Assembly (NCBI GenBank): GCA_049322215.1
Contig: JBMORU010000001.1
Span: 836,023 to 900,022 of the forward strand
From: Patescibacteria group bacterium
GTDB lineage: Bacteria > Patescibacteriota > WWE3 > UBA101185 > UBA10185
Length of the DNA stretch: 64,000 nucleotides
Direction: 5' to 3'
This document shows positions 8,879-18,937 of this stretch, in pieces. The notes beneath the pieces are model-generated. The model ran no database searches and was not told where the DNA came from. It saw nothing but the letters and a program-made list of their open reading frames with translations. The position numbers and the translations under genes are program-made. The stretch's first letter is position 1. The number at the start of each line of letters is the position of its first letter.

Positions 8879-9937
8879 TCAAACTAGTTTTCCACCATTT
8901 TGCTCAAAAGCGTCACTCAAACCGCTTCTTATTAATCTCATCAAAATATCAGAAAAGGGAACACCGTGTAATTCCTCAATAATCAACCCCATTGCTGTAT
9001 TTAACTCTTTTGGGCCAAAAGCCGGATTAGCATTAAAGTCAATAAAATAATGTCTTCCAGAACTATCAATGCGCACATCAAATTTTCCGTAACCTTCCAT
9101 TTTTGAAAGCTCAAAAGCCTTTTTTGCTAAATCTTTAAGTTTGTCGTCTTCATACTTTTCGTAAGTATATGCCCAGTTTGACTTGTCAGTGCCTACATCA
9201 AGCCATTGATCTTCAAACGTTGCCATAGCATATTTATTTTCTGCATTTTTAAAAGCTTTTTTTGCCATGTAAATTTTTGTGTTGGCACCTTCAAGGCACA
9301 TAACCGTTATTTCATCTCCAGAAATAAATTCCTCAATAAGCACGGGCTGATTGTATGTAGAAATAAGAAACTTAACTCTTTCTCTAAGGTGTTTTTCATC
9401 TTCAGAAATTGCATCGTAACCAATTTCAACACCACCGTGTATTTCGTTTAGTTTTGAAATAACGGGAAATCTTAGTTCAACATCTAAAGCATTACTTGGA
9501 GTATTAAACAGCTGAAAATTAGGAACAGGAATTCCTGCGTTTCTAAGCAACTTCCGCATTAAAAACTTGTTGTAACACAAAGCTAGTCCTAAAAGACCTG
9601 CACCAACATAGGGCAGATCCATTGTATCTAAAATTCCCGGAATAGTTGAAGAAAGGTACTCATTGCCTTTTATAGAATCTACTAGGTTAAAAACAACATC
9701 GGGTTTGCCTTTTTTTAAATTCTCAATTAGTGAATCATTTCCAGGGTATAACATTACTTTAAAACCAAGTGTTGTGAGTCGCGCAGCTACTAATTCTGCA
9801 TCTTCATGTGCATCTTTTTCTGTAAGGTACTGTTCTTCAGTAGGAAAATATTCTCGCTTAACATCGCTATAAATAATACCTACCTTTTTTACATCTTTTA
9901 AGGAGTCATTGTTTGATATTGTTGCTATTGATTGCAC
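8879..9937 (-). CDS. ATP-grasp ligase, D-alanine--D-alanine ligase-like family (divergent)
   Basis: Central 'PYVGAGLLGLALCYNKFLMRKLL..GIPVP' and C-terminal 'KFDVRID..GRHYFIDFNANPAF' resemble Ddl ATP-grasp motifs. Confidence 0.65.
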   Translation of the reverse strand: MQSIATISNNDSLKDVKKVGIIYSDVKREYFPTEEQYLTEKDAHEDAELVAARLTTLGFKVMLYPGNDSLIENLKKGKPDVVFNLVDSIKGNEYLSSTIPGILDTMDLPYVGAGLLGLALCYNKFLMRKLLRNAGIPVPNFQLFNTPSNALDVELRFPVISKLNEIHGGVEIGYDAISEDEKHLRERVKFLISTYNQPVLIEEFISGDEITVMCLEGANTKIYMAKKAFKNAENKYAMATFEDQWLDVGTDKSNWAYTYEKYEDDKLKDLAKKAFELSKMEGYGKFDVRIDSSGRHYFIDFNANPAFGPKELNTAMGLIIEELHGVPFSDILMRLIRSGLSDAFEQNGGKLV

Positions 9938-10033
9938 ATTTTAATGCTACCAGTATTTTTTGAAAAATAAATAAAATTTTTCAAGCAGCCCTATCGTGTT
10001 TCTATTTAGTACTCTGTTATAATTTTTTCGTAA

Positions 10034-11338
10034 ATGAAAATAAGGGAAAACACTACTATAATAAACTATGCGATTGGTATCCTAAAAAAGTGGAATAATC
10101 ATATTGTAAATTACAGTGTTGACGACAGCACAAGATTAAAAATGTTAATTTTATTGCTATTTACCTTCTTTTTTGGAATGCATCTTATTATTTCTGGGCA
10201 TAACGAATATGTAAACCAAACTGCAGCCTGGTTAAACGGAAAACTAGATATTCCTATGGCGCACTGCGGTGTTGATTCAGTAATTAAAAATGGTAAGTGC
10301 TATTGGACTTTAGGGCCTGCACCTTCTGTGTTATTACTACCCATGGTGGTACTTCTGGGTAGCAAATACTATTACTCGCAAAATATTTTAAATACTGTTT
10401 CAATTTTCTTAAGCTTTGTTTTTGCCTATAAAATAGCAACTAAACTAAAGGCTTCTAAAACTAAATCTATTCTACTTGCTGCTACTTTAATATTTGCTAG
10501 TACGTATATAAACGTATTAACAACACCTACTGGTTGGGCAATAGCCCACTCAACAACTGTGCTTTTTTCCTTGTTAGCCATATATGAATATTTAGATAAA
10601 AGACGACTTTTTTTAATTGGTTTACTCGTAGCTGTAGCAACAGCAACACGCATAACAACGGGGTTAGGAATAATTTTCTTTATTTATTCTGAAATTAATA
10701 GTAAATCAGACTTTAGCAAAAAAATTGCCAATGTATTAAAACTAACACTACCTGTTGGTTTAACAGTATTACTACTAACTGGCTTCAATGTTGCTAGATT
10801 TGGTAATGTTGCTGAGAGCGGTTATATATACCTTGCTGATAATATTTATTTCCCGTTGCTTGAGCAATACTACAATGAGCCAGTTTACCACACCTTGTTT
10901 CATATAAGTAATGTACCTAAAAATTTTGCAACTTACTTTTTAACAACAATTGGTAGGGGAGTACTTGGCTTAAATATTAATTTTTTTCTTGTATCTTTGC
11001 CATTTTTATACGTTTTTAAAACTAAAATTTCAGATAAATATGTGAAAGAGGCCTTAACAACTTCGTTTTTGATTTTAGTTGTATTGTTGAGTTACTATTG
11101 GCCGGGGGCTGATCAGCTAGGACCAAGATATACATTAGATTTATTGCCTTTTTTATATATACCTTTGTGTGTGTCACTAAGAAATAGTAAAAAAATATTA
11201 CTTTTTAAGTTACTTATGCTGTTATCAATATTTATAAATTCAACTATTATAGGGTATAAAGAAGTGTATGTTTTAACTAATCCCGAAACTATAGCCTGGT
11301 ATTTACAACATAGGAGTACGTTAACTGAAATAAACTGA
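10034..11338 (+). CDS. polytopic membrane protein, possibly GT-C-fold glycosyltransferase-like
   Basis: More than 10 predicted TM helices; no soluble domain. Confidence 0.35.
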   Translation: MKIRENTTIINYAIGILKKWNNHIVNYSVDDSTRLKMLILLLFTFFFGMHLIISGHNEYVNQTAAWLNGKLDIPMAHCGVDSVIKNGKCYWTLGPAPSVLLLPMVVLLGSKYYYSQNILNTVSIFLSFVFAYKIATKLKASKTKSILLAATLIFASTYINVLTTPTGWAIAHSTTVLFSLLAIYEYLDKRRLFLIGLLVAVATATRITTGLGIIFFIYSEINSKSDFSKKIANVLKLTLPVGLTVLLLTGFNVARFGNVAESGYIYLADNIYFPLLEQYYNEPVYHTLFHISNVPKNFATYFLTTIGRGVLGLNINFFLVSLPFLYVFKTKISDKYVKEALTTSFLILVVLLSYYWPGADQLGPRYTLDLLPFLYIPLCVSLRNSKKILLFKLLMLLSIFINSTIIGYKEVYVLTNPETIAWYLQHRSTLTEIN

Positions 11339-11522
11339 ACCACAATAGAATTTTTTACAGTGTGATAGACTTATTTAATGACTCCAAGAAAATTTTTTGT
11401 AGGAAGAGCTATAGGATTAATTATTGTTTTACTTTTAGCAATAATATGGTTTATTTTTAATTAGGCTTACTTATCATTAAAATCCTATTGTAAAGGATAT
11501 TTACAGAGAATATCATTAAGCA

Positions 11523-12461
11523 ATGATGGTAAAAGCTACTAAAGTCGTAACATTTCTATTTCTGCTGGCAGTATTTTCCACTTTTACTTACTTTTCATTT
11601 AGTAAAGTAACTACAAAATTTATTAAAGACTTTAATCGCTCAATGCTTCAAAGCGAAATTGAAACAGTAAAAACGGCGTTCTCACGTAGAACTGAAACAA
11701 TAGCACGCCTAAACGCAGACTGGTCTCAATGGGACGATTCTTATCAATTTGTGCAAGACTTAAACAATTCGTATATAGAAGCAAACTTAGTTGATGAAAC
11801 ATTTCAAAGTGCAAACCTTAATATGATTTTATTTTTTGATCGCAACGGCAACATAGTTTATAAAAAGGCTAGAAGCTTAGGCGGAATAGGCGATACATCA
11901 ATACCAGCAGAAGTTTTTAATTACACCACCAACAATAATAGAATCAACATTCAAGAAATAATTAGCTCTGGAAAACAGCAAACAGGGTTTTTAAGTACAA
12001 CTCAAGGAACATTTATTTTTGCTGTAAGTCCAATTATAACAAGTGAAGGAGAAGGTCCCGCAATGGGTGCTTTAATGATGGCGCGCTATTTTAACAACAC
12101 TGACCTGGAAGAACTAAAACAATACACGGGATTCAATTTAGATTTTGTAGAACACACTAGTTTAGGAAATTGGCAGCACCCGGAAGTAACATATAAAGAT
12201 ATAGAAAAAAGAGATTTTGTAGTTGAAAAAAATGATGTTTTCTCAGTATATACACTAACTAAAGATTCCTGGGGTAATGACGCAAAAGTAATAAACTTGC
12301 AGCATAAAATTGTAGGGCTTAACTATGTAAAAAAGCTAACATTAACTTTAACGGCAATTTCAGGCATAGTAACAGGATTGTTTGGATTAACTGTGCTGTC
12401 TGCACGTTCTACTAAAGATTTATACGAAATGGAAGAGAAAGTTATTAAAAACGTAATTTAA
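11523..12461 (+). CDS. membrane-anchored extracytoplasmic sensor-like protein (CHASE4-like), no output domain
   Basis: N- and C-terminal TM helices flanking a ~250-aa domain with DWSQWDDSYQF and NMILFFDRNGN motifs reminiscent of CHASE4. Confidence 0.35.
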   Translation: MMVKATKVVTFLFLLAVFSTFTYFSFSKVTTKFIKDFNRSMLQSEIETVKTAFSRRTETIARLNADWSQWDDSYQFVQDLNNSYIEANLVDETFQSANLNMILFFDRNGNIVYKKARSLGGIGDTSIPAEVFNYTTNNNRINIQEIISSGKQQTGFLSTTQGTFIFAVSPIITSEGEGPAMGALMMARYFNNTDLEELKQYTGFNLDFVEHTSLGNWQHPEVTYKDIEKRDFVVEKNDVFSVYTLTKDSWGNDAKVINLQHKIVGLNYVKKLTLTLTAISGIVTGLFGLTVLSARSTKDLYEMEEKVIKNVI

Positions 12462-12931
12462 CTAAGCGGCAAACTAATACTTGACCAGCTTTGTAGTAGT
12501 AAAAAAAGCAGCACAATAGATACAACCAAAACTACTTGCATAGTCACTTGTAAAATTATAAATACCTTCTGCTCTGAAATGTTTCCAAAAATATTCCTTA
12601 AACTTTCAAAATGAGCATTTATATAGTGAGGGTGATGCTTTGGTTGAATAAACTGTTGTAAAAAGTAATACAAAGTTTCACCAGCACTACGTACCAACCA
12701 AAAAACCACAAAAAACAACAACCAAAGTTTAAAGTCCCCAAAAATAATAGTGACTATAGAAATACCAATATGAAAAAGACTAAATACAAGTAAATCTTCC
12801 CAAACAAAGGCACCTATAAAAAACCCCCAACGGTAAATAAAATCGCAACCTTTTTTGTTGGAACGAACCTTTTTAATAGACAAAAAAAATAAAATTAAGC
12901 AAATCGCTACCCAAATGTATAAAAGAATCAT
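12458..12931 (-). CDS. hypothetical membrane protein
   Basis: Four hydrophobic helices. Confidence 0.4.
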   Translation of the reverse strand: MILLYIWVAICLILFFLSIKKVRSNKKGCDFIYRWGFFIGAFVWEDLLVFSLFHIGISIVTIIFGDFKLWLLFFVVFWLVRSAGETLYYFLQQFIQPKHHPHYINAHFESLRNIFGNISEQKVFIILQVTMQVVLVVSIVLLFLLLQSWSSISLPLS

Positions 12932-13044
12932 AAGCTAAGTATAGCAAGCCAAAGGTATTCATTCGCAATACCCCATAGTGTTGACCTGAAGACTGTATTA
13001 ACCTATAATATTTACACCTAAATATCACACATAAGGAGATCAAA

Positions 13045-13425
13045 ATGATCAATAAAACAACGTTATTCCACGCGCTTTTGGGTCTTTTGCTGACAGCAGT
13101 GTTACTGATTGCCTGTGGCCCGCAACCAACATCAGAAGTTACAACAGTTTATGTTGTTAACGAAGAGACTATTGGGGAGGACGGCTGGGAAGACATTGGA
13201 GACGAATTCAGCGTAGCGGGATTTTCAGTTGAATTCAAATTTTGGGGAACTTCCACGTCATATGGATGCCTAACCTTTGTTTACCTAAATGATAAAAAGG
13301 TAGATGCATGTTCTGGTGAGGCATTAGCAGCTGAAACGGCCACTGAAATTTGGTACTTCCGTCACGCATATGATGCCGGAGGGTTAACCACAGAACATCT
13401 TCAGCGAAAAATCGTACAAAAGTAA
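13045..13425 (+). CDS. hypothetical lipoprotein
   Basis: Signal peptide with lipobox LIAC; locally elevated GC. Confidence 0.5.
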   Translation: MINKTTLFHALLGLLLTAVLLIACGPQPTSEVTTVYVVNEETIGEDGWEDIGDEFSVAGFSVEFKFWGTSTSYGCLTFVYLNDKKVDACSGEALAAETATEIWYFRHAYDAGGLTTEHLQRKIVQK

Positions 13426-13550
13426 CTGACTTTGGCAGAGTTTGGATTTACAAAAACCCAAACCCTGCCATTTTTTTAGTAGTGTTACAACTACTATATA
13501 TCTCCCTGTTATAATTTAACTAGCATAAACAAAATTCTAAGGAGCAGTAA

Positions 13551-14141
13551 GTGAAAAAAAGCGTAAAAGAGTTTTTAAACATTTTTATAGTAGTAATATT
13601 AGCTACTTTCATCACTCTATATCTATATAAAAGCAATAATGACTATGTAAAAAATTCAGTACAACAGATAGTAATCCTTCCAAATAAAAGTGAGTGCGAC
13701 TATGGTGTTTTCGATTATCCATACAAAGAACATACAGTTACTCCAGGAGAATCAATACTGTCAATAGCTACAAAAGAGTTAAGTGATAGCTCCAGAGTAG
13801 GGGAAATAATTAAACTAAATAAATCAAAATATCCTACATTACTAAGCAACCCACAAAATTTAGAAATTGGTTGGAAATTAATGATACCCGAAAAGGACAT
13901 TTCAGTTAACGAATCCTCGGAAATAAAAGTATTTAAAGGGCATATACATCAAACTCACTCATTACACAACGGCGGGGTTGTCGTGAGTGTTGACGAAAAT
14001 GGTTCAACAACATATCTATATGCTAAAAACGGGTCTAAGTATTCAAACTACGGCTTAATATCGCCGGGAACCTGCTTTGAAGCAAAAGTTTTAAATAATA
14101 AAGATAATACAAATTCAATTATTACGTTAGATTTAAAATAA
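13551..14141 (+). CDS. LysM domain-containing membrane-anchored protein
   Basis: HTVTPGESILSIA...NLEIGWKLMIP fits the LysM consensus. Confidence 0.55.
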   Translation: MKKSVKEFLNIFIVVILATFITLYLYKSNNDYVKNSVQQIVILPNKSECDYGVFDYPYKEHTVTPGESILSIATKELSDSSRVGEIIKLNKSKYPTLLSNPQNLEIGWKLMIPEKDISVNESSEIKVFKGHIHQTHSLHNGGVVVSVDENGSTTYLYAKNGSKYSNYGLISPGTCFEAKVLNNKDNTNSIITLDLK

Positions 14142-14189
14142 ACCTCTAAACAGCTATGGTATAACCTTTAGAAACGTTATAATTTTCAC

Positions 14190-14618
14190 ATGCAGCATAT
14201 CCAGATAATTCCGGGCAGGTTAGAAGAGATTCAGAAATTTGAAAAAATAGAATGGGATAAGTTTGATGTTAAAAATTGGGGCAAGGTAAAAGATTGGAAA
14301 CTTATTGATTACAAGTTTTGTGCCGTAGTAGAAGAAATCACTACAGGTATAATATATGGAAAATTTGAAGCCGGAAGTTGCTACATAGATACACTAATAG
14401 TAGCTGATGCATTTAGAAATATGGGCATTGGCACTAAATTAATTAAACACGTAGAAGAATGGACTAAAGATCATGAGGGTATAAAGACTTGGCTTTTAAC
14501 ACAGAAAGATTGGCAAGCTAACAAATTTTATATAAAGCAAGGTTACAACTCGGCAGTTATATTAAAAAAGCATTTCTTAGGACAGGATTACGTACTGTAC
14601 GAAAAGTTTTTAGACTAG
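14190..14618 (+). CDS. GNAT family N-acetyltransferase
   Basis: AFRNMGIGTKLIKHVEEW acetyl-CoA binding motif. Confidence 0.7.
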   Translation: MQHIQIIPGRLEEIQKFEKIEWDKFDVKNWGKVKDWKLIDYKFCAVVEEITTGIIYGKFEAGSCYIDTLIVADAFRNMGIGTKLIKHVEEWTKDHEGIKTWLLTQKDWQANKFYIKQGYNSAVILKKHFLGQDYVLYEKFLD

Positions 14619-15151
14619 CGAATTTTTATTAAGGTACCGTTTTCTACTTTATACACATTAGAGGCTTTTCCCTCTATGTAACCCGCATCTACATAAAAAT
14701 CTACTTTTTCACCAAAATAATCCTGAGCTTCTGTTATACTTTTTGCGTAAGGTTTTTTATGTACGTTTGCACTAGTAGAAACTAAAGGACCCGTTAAACT
14801 TAGTACTTTAAGCAAATATTCTTTATTCGGTAATCGAAAAGATCGTGTGATTCCATTGGCTGTACTAAAAATTAGGGTGTTAGGGCCAGGCCAGTATTTG
14901 CTTATTAAGGATTTTTCGTAGTCACCTATATTTAAATTAAAAATATCCAAGTCTTTAATGCTTGAAATTAGGGTTATACAGGGACTTGATGCAGGGCGTT
15001 TTTTAATTTCGTAAATTTTATCAGTTAGGTCTTTGCTTAAAGCCTTACAGTGTAGTCCATATATAGTATCTGTAGGCATTACTCCTATTGCGCCGGAATT
15101 TAGCAACTCAGCTATTTTATTTATGTCTTGGATTGATAATATTGAAGGCAC
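14615..15151 (-). CDS. tsaC: L-threonylcarbamoyladenylate synthase (TsaC/YrdC family)
   Basis: MPTDTIYGL and GPLVSTSANVHKKP motifs. Confidence 0.85.
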   Translation of the reverse strand: MPSILSIQDINKIAELLNSGAIGVMPTDTIYGLHCKALSKDLTDKIYEIKKRPASSPCITLISSIKDLDIFNLNIGDYEKSLISKYWPGPNTLIFSTANGITRSFRLPNKEYLLKVLSLTGPLVSTSANVHKKPYAKSITEAQDYFGEKVDFYVDAGYIEGKASNVYKVENGTLIKIR

Positions 15152-15161
15152 AGTAAATAGG

Positions 15162-15602
15162 TTACATTTTCTGTAAACGATCTCTAGCCATTTTTCCTAT
15201 ATAAGGAATTTCGTACTCTTCATTATTATATGACTTGTACATTAAAACCACCCAAAAATACATGTATGCCAAAAATATAGCAGGTCCCAAAAGTACACCT
15301 ATAAAAACTACAGATAAAAATCCTGAGGCTAACATTCCCATTAAACCAACAACACCCATTATTGCAGACTGCATTGCATGAAACCTTACAAATGGGTTTT
15401 CTTTTTCTAAATGAAGAACAACAAACCCTGATAAAGGAGATACTGCATATGACAATGCTGCTAAAACATTAGGTTCTAAACCGGTGGTGTTTGTTTGAAC
15501 AGTATTACCTACTGGTTCAGATGTGGCACTAGGTGATGGAGAAACAGGCTGGGGAGAATTTGTTTGATTTTGCATATTATTTTGTTCTAAGTTGTCTTGC
15601 AT
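15162..15602 (-). CDS. DUF4870-like membrane protein
   Basis: NVLAALSY...FVRFHAMQS motif and 2-3 TM helices. Confidence 0.55.
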   Translation of the reverse strand: MQDNLEQNNMQNQTNSPQPVSPSPSATSEPVGNTVQTNTTGLEPNVLAALSYAVSPLSGFVVLHLEKENPFVRFHAMQSAIMGVVGLMGMLASGFLSVVFIGVLLGPAIFLAYMYFWVVLMYKSYNNEEYEIPYIGKMARDRLQKM

Positions 15603-15682
15603 ATCTAAATACTACGCTGGCAGAAATTTTTTGTAAAGCTATACCAAAAAACTTAGGGCAAGAAATATGGTAGTATAAATTT

Positions 15683-15928
15683 ATGCAAACTTTTCCTGAT
15701 AAATGGGTTCAGCACGAGAAACTAACAAGAAAAGTGAAAACCGCTGACTTTGTTAGTGCTGTAGAACTAATTAATAAAATATGCGAAATATCTGAAAAGC
15801 ATAATCATCATCCAAACTTGTGCCTTGATAATTATAATGAACTAACTATAGAAGTTTACACACATGATGCACAGAAAATCACCGAAAAAGATATTGCCCT
15901 TGCAAACGAATTGGAAAAACTCCTTTAA
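15683..15928 (+). CDS. pterin-4a-carbinolamine dehydratase
   Basis: EKHNHHPNL...EVYTHDA motif. Confidence 0.8.
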   Translation: MQTFPDKWVQHEKLTRKVKTADFVSAVELINKICEISEKHNHHPNLCLDNYNELTIEVYTHDAQKITEKDIALANELEKLL

Positions 15929-15929
15929 T

Positions 15930-16595
15930 TTATATACTTATCGATAAAAAGCTTTTCACATCTATTACACCCGCAGTGTATTCTGCAGCATTTTCTATTG
16001 CGCGTTTTTCGAGCCAGCTACTCACAGTACCTGATAAAGTAACGTGACCCCCATCTACTTCTACATAAATTTCGTCTGAAGTTGAGGATTGCAATCTGTT
16101 AATAGCCGACATAATGTCATCAGCAATGAGTTTGTCTTCAACGTCAGCTGAAGGCACTACTGCTAATCTATTTATTACACTAATAACCCCCATTATTGGC
16201 GTAATAAGTCGTTCTGCATGAAGTTTTTTCCAATAAGCATCTACAGTTCCTTCTAGGGTAACAATACCTTTGTCTACTGACACATCAATTTCAAAGGAAT
16301 AGACATCTGTGTCCCAAAGAATAACGTTATCAGCACTATTTTTTATTTCTTCATCTGAGGGCATTTCTATTGAATCCGGATAACTTACAGTAAGTTGATT
16401 ATTAACAGCTTTTACTCCTGGAATTGCGAAAGCACTGCTTTCTGCAGCTTTACTTATTGAGTAAAAGTTAACTGTGCCTGTAAGCGTTGCTTCACCATTC
16501 TCAACTGTTACTTTCACATCTGAAGCGTCCACAGAAGAGTTCCACTCTAACTCATTAACTATATCAACTTTAATTTGTTCGTCAGTTCTAACCAT
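15930..16595 (-). CDS. BON-domain (OsmY-like) protein
   Basis: Repeated ~70-aa segments with the 'VTVENGEATLTGTV' BON pattern. Confidence 0.6.
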   Translation of the reverse strand: MVRTDEQIKVDIVNELEWNSSVDASDVKVTVENGEATLTGTVNFYSISKAAESSAFAIPGVKAVNNQLTVSYPDSIEMPSDEEIKNSADNVILWDTDVYSFEIDVSVDKGIVTLEGTVDAYWKKLHAERLITPIMGVISVINRLAVVPSADVEDKLIADDIMSAINRLQSSTSDEIYVEVDGGHVTLSGTVSSWLEKRAIENAAEYTAGVIDVKSFLSISI

Positions 16596-16737
16596 AATCC
16601 CACCTCCATATGTAAACTTTATACAAAATGTATTTTAGTCTCTATGTTATAAACAGTAATACACACAAATTAAAACAAATTTAAATTGTTGTAAGACTTA
16701 AATAAGAAATATGGCTTATTAAGCAAAGCTTATAAAA

Positions 16738-17151
16738 TTAACCTAATTGCTTAGACTGTTCTACCAATTGTTCTCTTGGTATATCCTCATTGGGAATTTC
16801 TTGCTTTGAAATTATTGTTAATCCTGTTAAAAGTTTTCTAAGTTCAAGAGATTCTCCTCTTTTTAGGTACGAAATAGGTTCGGGATTATGTTCATAGCCT
16901 TCTATTTCAAAAACTATTGTGGCAAAAAAGACTCCTGTTGTAACAGTTACAGTTTTTATATCTTTAATTAAAATTGGAAACTCAGTTTTAAGTAACGGTA
17001 AGTAATTTCTTACAATAACAATTTTCTTTCTATAAACTTCAATTCTATCCGGAAATAAAGTGAAAGGAAAAACAGTGCTAGCAATCATAAGTGGATTACT
17101 TTCTTTAGATACCAACTTGTTAACTTGTTCTTCTATATGATTTTCTGGCAT
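16738..17151 (-). CDS. hypothetical protein, PH-like fold suspected
   Basis: Last gene of the leaderless four-gene operon; no strong motif. Confidence 0.4.
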   Translation of the reverse strand: MPENHIEEQVNKLVSKESNPLMIASTVFPFTLFPDRIEVYRKKIVIVRNYLPLLKTEFPILIKDIKTVTVTTGVFFATIVFEIEGYEHNPEPISYLKRGESLELRKLLTGLTIISKQEIPNEDIPREQLVEQSKQLG

Positions 17152-17154
17152 GGC

Positions 17155-18306
17155 TTAATACCTTAGTGTGGCAGCAATACCGCTAGAAATAGCTAATTGT
17201 TCTTCGGTTACTTTATAAACCTCTCCACCATTTTTTAAAGTTAAAACTATTGCAATGTTCATTAAATCAGTGGATTCTCTTCTTTTTCGTTTATCAATCA
17301 CTGCTGCGCTTGTTGACTCGTTAAACAAGCCCCATGTGTCATTAAAATTATTAATAAATAAAGTATCTACACGACCAAAAGCGGCTGATTTCAAAATATC
17401 GGTTAAAACTGTAAGTGAGTCACCAGTATTATTTTTGTATTTATCTATAGCAAGTTCTTCCTTTGAAACATATTCTTTTTCTACTAGCTGACGAGTTTTG
17501 CCTAAAAATTTCATTCTATCGCTTTTTGTATCAGGATTTCCATTTACATGTGCTTCAACCAAATGTGGATAATTATTAACTTTTTTATACTTTGCAAAAA
17601 TAGTGTCTGTGCAAATTAACACCAAAGGTAAATCATAGTTAGATATAATTTTGTTTACGTGGTTATCCAAGCGTTCTAAATAGCGTTGAAGTAAAGCATC
17701 GGTGCCATCTTTTATAGAACCATGCCCGTGAAACACTACACCACCCGTTGCACCACTTGATACAGCAATAGGTTTTGTAGCATGAAATTGTATTGATTTA
17801 TCAATATCAACTTCTGCAGGTAAAATTTCGGATCTAGAAATTAAGTCATAGCTACTATCAGCTACTGCATACAAAAAGTTCTTTTTTGGACTAACTGCCA
17901 AAACATAATACTGCGTGCTTTCACTTAAATAAGGTACTAAATGTTTAATGTTGAAATAAACCCCTAAATAAAACTTAGATGGAGTACTTTGTGGCAAAGC
18001 TACCGCTAGTTGCGTACTTTCTGAAATAATAAATAGCATGCTAGACGATGTTGTTTTCCAAAAATCTTCGGCAGAACTTAATTCTTCAATAGGGGATAAG
18101 TATTCAGTAATTTCAGGATTACGAAGTCCACGTGCGTATAATTTAGCACGTACTTCAGTCAAAAGATTTTTTAAGCGTATTCTAGCCTTGTCGTTACTTT
18201 CCCAGCGTCTATGCGTGTTTAAATAAACGGTTATAGCAGGAAATTTTTGTCTCTCTATCATTTCAGCTAAGTATTTTTTTAATTCATATGTTTTTATGAC
18301 TTTCAT
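17155..18306 (-). CDS. bacterial Pelota/eRF1-like (baeRF-type) protein
   Basis: C-terminal 'GRVDTLFINNFND...KNGGEV...EEQLAISSGIAATLRY' matches the eRF1/Pelota domain-3 hallmark (ETLLIS...GGIAAILRY); GGQ-like loop replaced. Confidence 0.55.
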   Translation of the reverse strand: MKVIKTYELKKYLAEMIERQKFPAITVYLNTHRRWESNDKARIRLKNLLTEVRAKLYARGLRNPEITEYLSPIEELSSAEDFWKTTSSSMLFIISESTQLAVALPQSTPSKFYLGVYFNIKHLVPYLSESTQYYVLAVSPKKNFLYAVADSSYDLISRSEILPAEVDIDKSIQFHATKPIAVSSGATGGVVFHGHGSIKDGTDALLQRYLERLDNHVNKIISNYDLPLVLICTDTIFAKYKKVNNYPHLVEAHVNGNPDTKSDRMKFLGKTRQLVEKEYVSKEELAIDKYKNNTGDSLTVLTDILKSAAFGRVDTLFINNFNDTWGLFNESTSAAVIDKRKRRESTDLMNIAIVLTLKNGGEVYKVTEEQLAISSGIAATLRY

Positions 18307-18904
18307 TTTCTATATTAGAAGATACATCAGTCAGTTCTAGGTCTGCCTCCCAAAGAATTCTAGAAACTTTTGTATTACCACTTTTAAGTAATGCTAAAAA
18401 TATGTGTTCTGGCTGTAGCATTGTGTTTCCCATATCTCTAGCCTCACTTAACGAGTTATTAAGTACAAATTCCACCTCCTCCGATAAATTTACAGAGTTG
18501 TTTTTGGAAAAAACATTAAATCCTACACCTTTTTCAGCGTGCTTAGGAATAATTGAGTGCAATAGTTTTAAGTTTGACCTATATATAGGAACTAGCTTTT
18601 CAACTACTGCTTCATGGCTGATTAAAGCTTGTAGCAAGTGTGTCACTCCAAGTGCGTTTGCATTATAAGAAAGAGTTATTGATCCAGCATTTTTTAAAAC
18701 ATCTTTCGATTCACTACTTAAATATCTTGATATATCTATATTAGGTACAGAATCAACTAAATCTGCTTCGTAGTTTAAATCGCGGCTAAATACAGTGTAT
18801 TCTCTAACAGTATCGTTAGATAATAAAGAAGCAAGTGATGTACCTTTTGAATTTTTAAATATACTTCTATTCATACGGTAATAATAACGAAGCAAAAAAT
18901 GCAT
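18284..18904 (-). CDS. Clp N-terminal-domain repeat protein (stand-alone, no AAA+ module)
   Basis: Two Clp_N-like repeats: 'ALGVTHLLQALI' and 'EARDMGNTMLQPEHIFLALLKSG'. Confidence 0.55.
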   Translation of the reverse strand: MHFLLRYYYRMNRSIFKNSKGTSLASLLSNDTVREYTVFSRDLNYEADLVDSVPNIDISRYLSSESKDVLKNAGSITLSYNANALGVTHLLQALISHEAVVEKLVPIYRSNLKLLHSIIPKHAEKGVGFNVFSKNNSVNLSEEVEFVLNNSLSEARDMGNTMLQPEHIFLALLKSGNTKVSRILWEADLELTDVSSNIENESHKNI

Positions 18905-18937
18905 AAAATGAATTTTATGTAAGAAGAATGTAAAAAA

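Noticed and set aside
9206-9872. Plus-strand ORFs 9206..9451 and 9663..9872 inside the ATP-grasp gene
   Set aside because: Shadows of a motif-supported CDS.
18402-18668. Plus-strand 88-aa ORF inside the Clp-N gene
   Set aside because: Shadow ORF.
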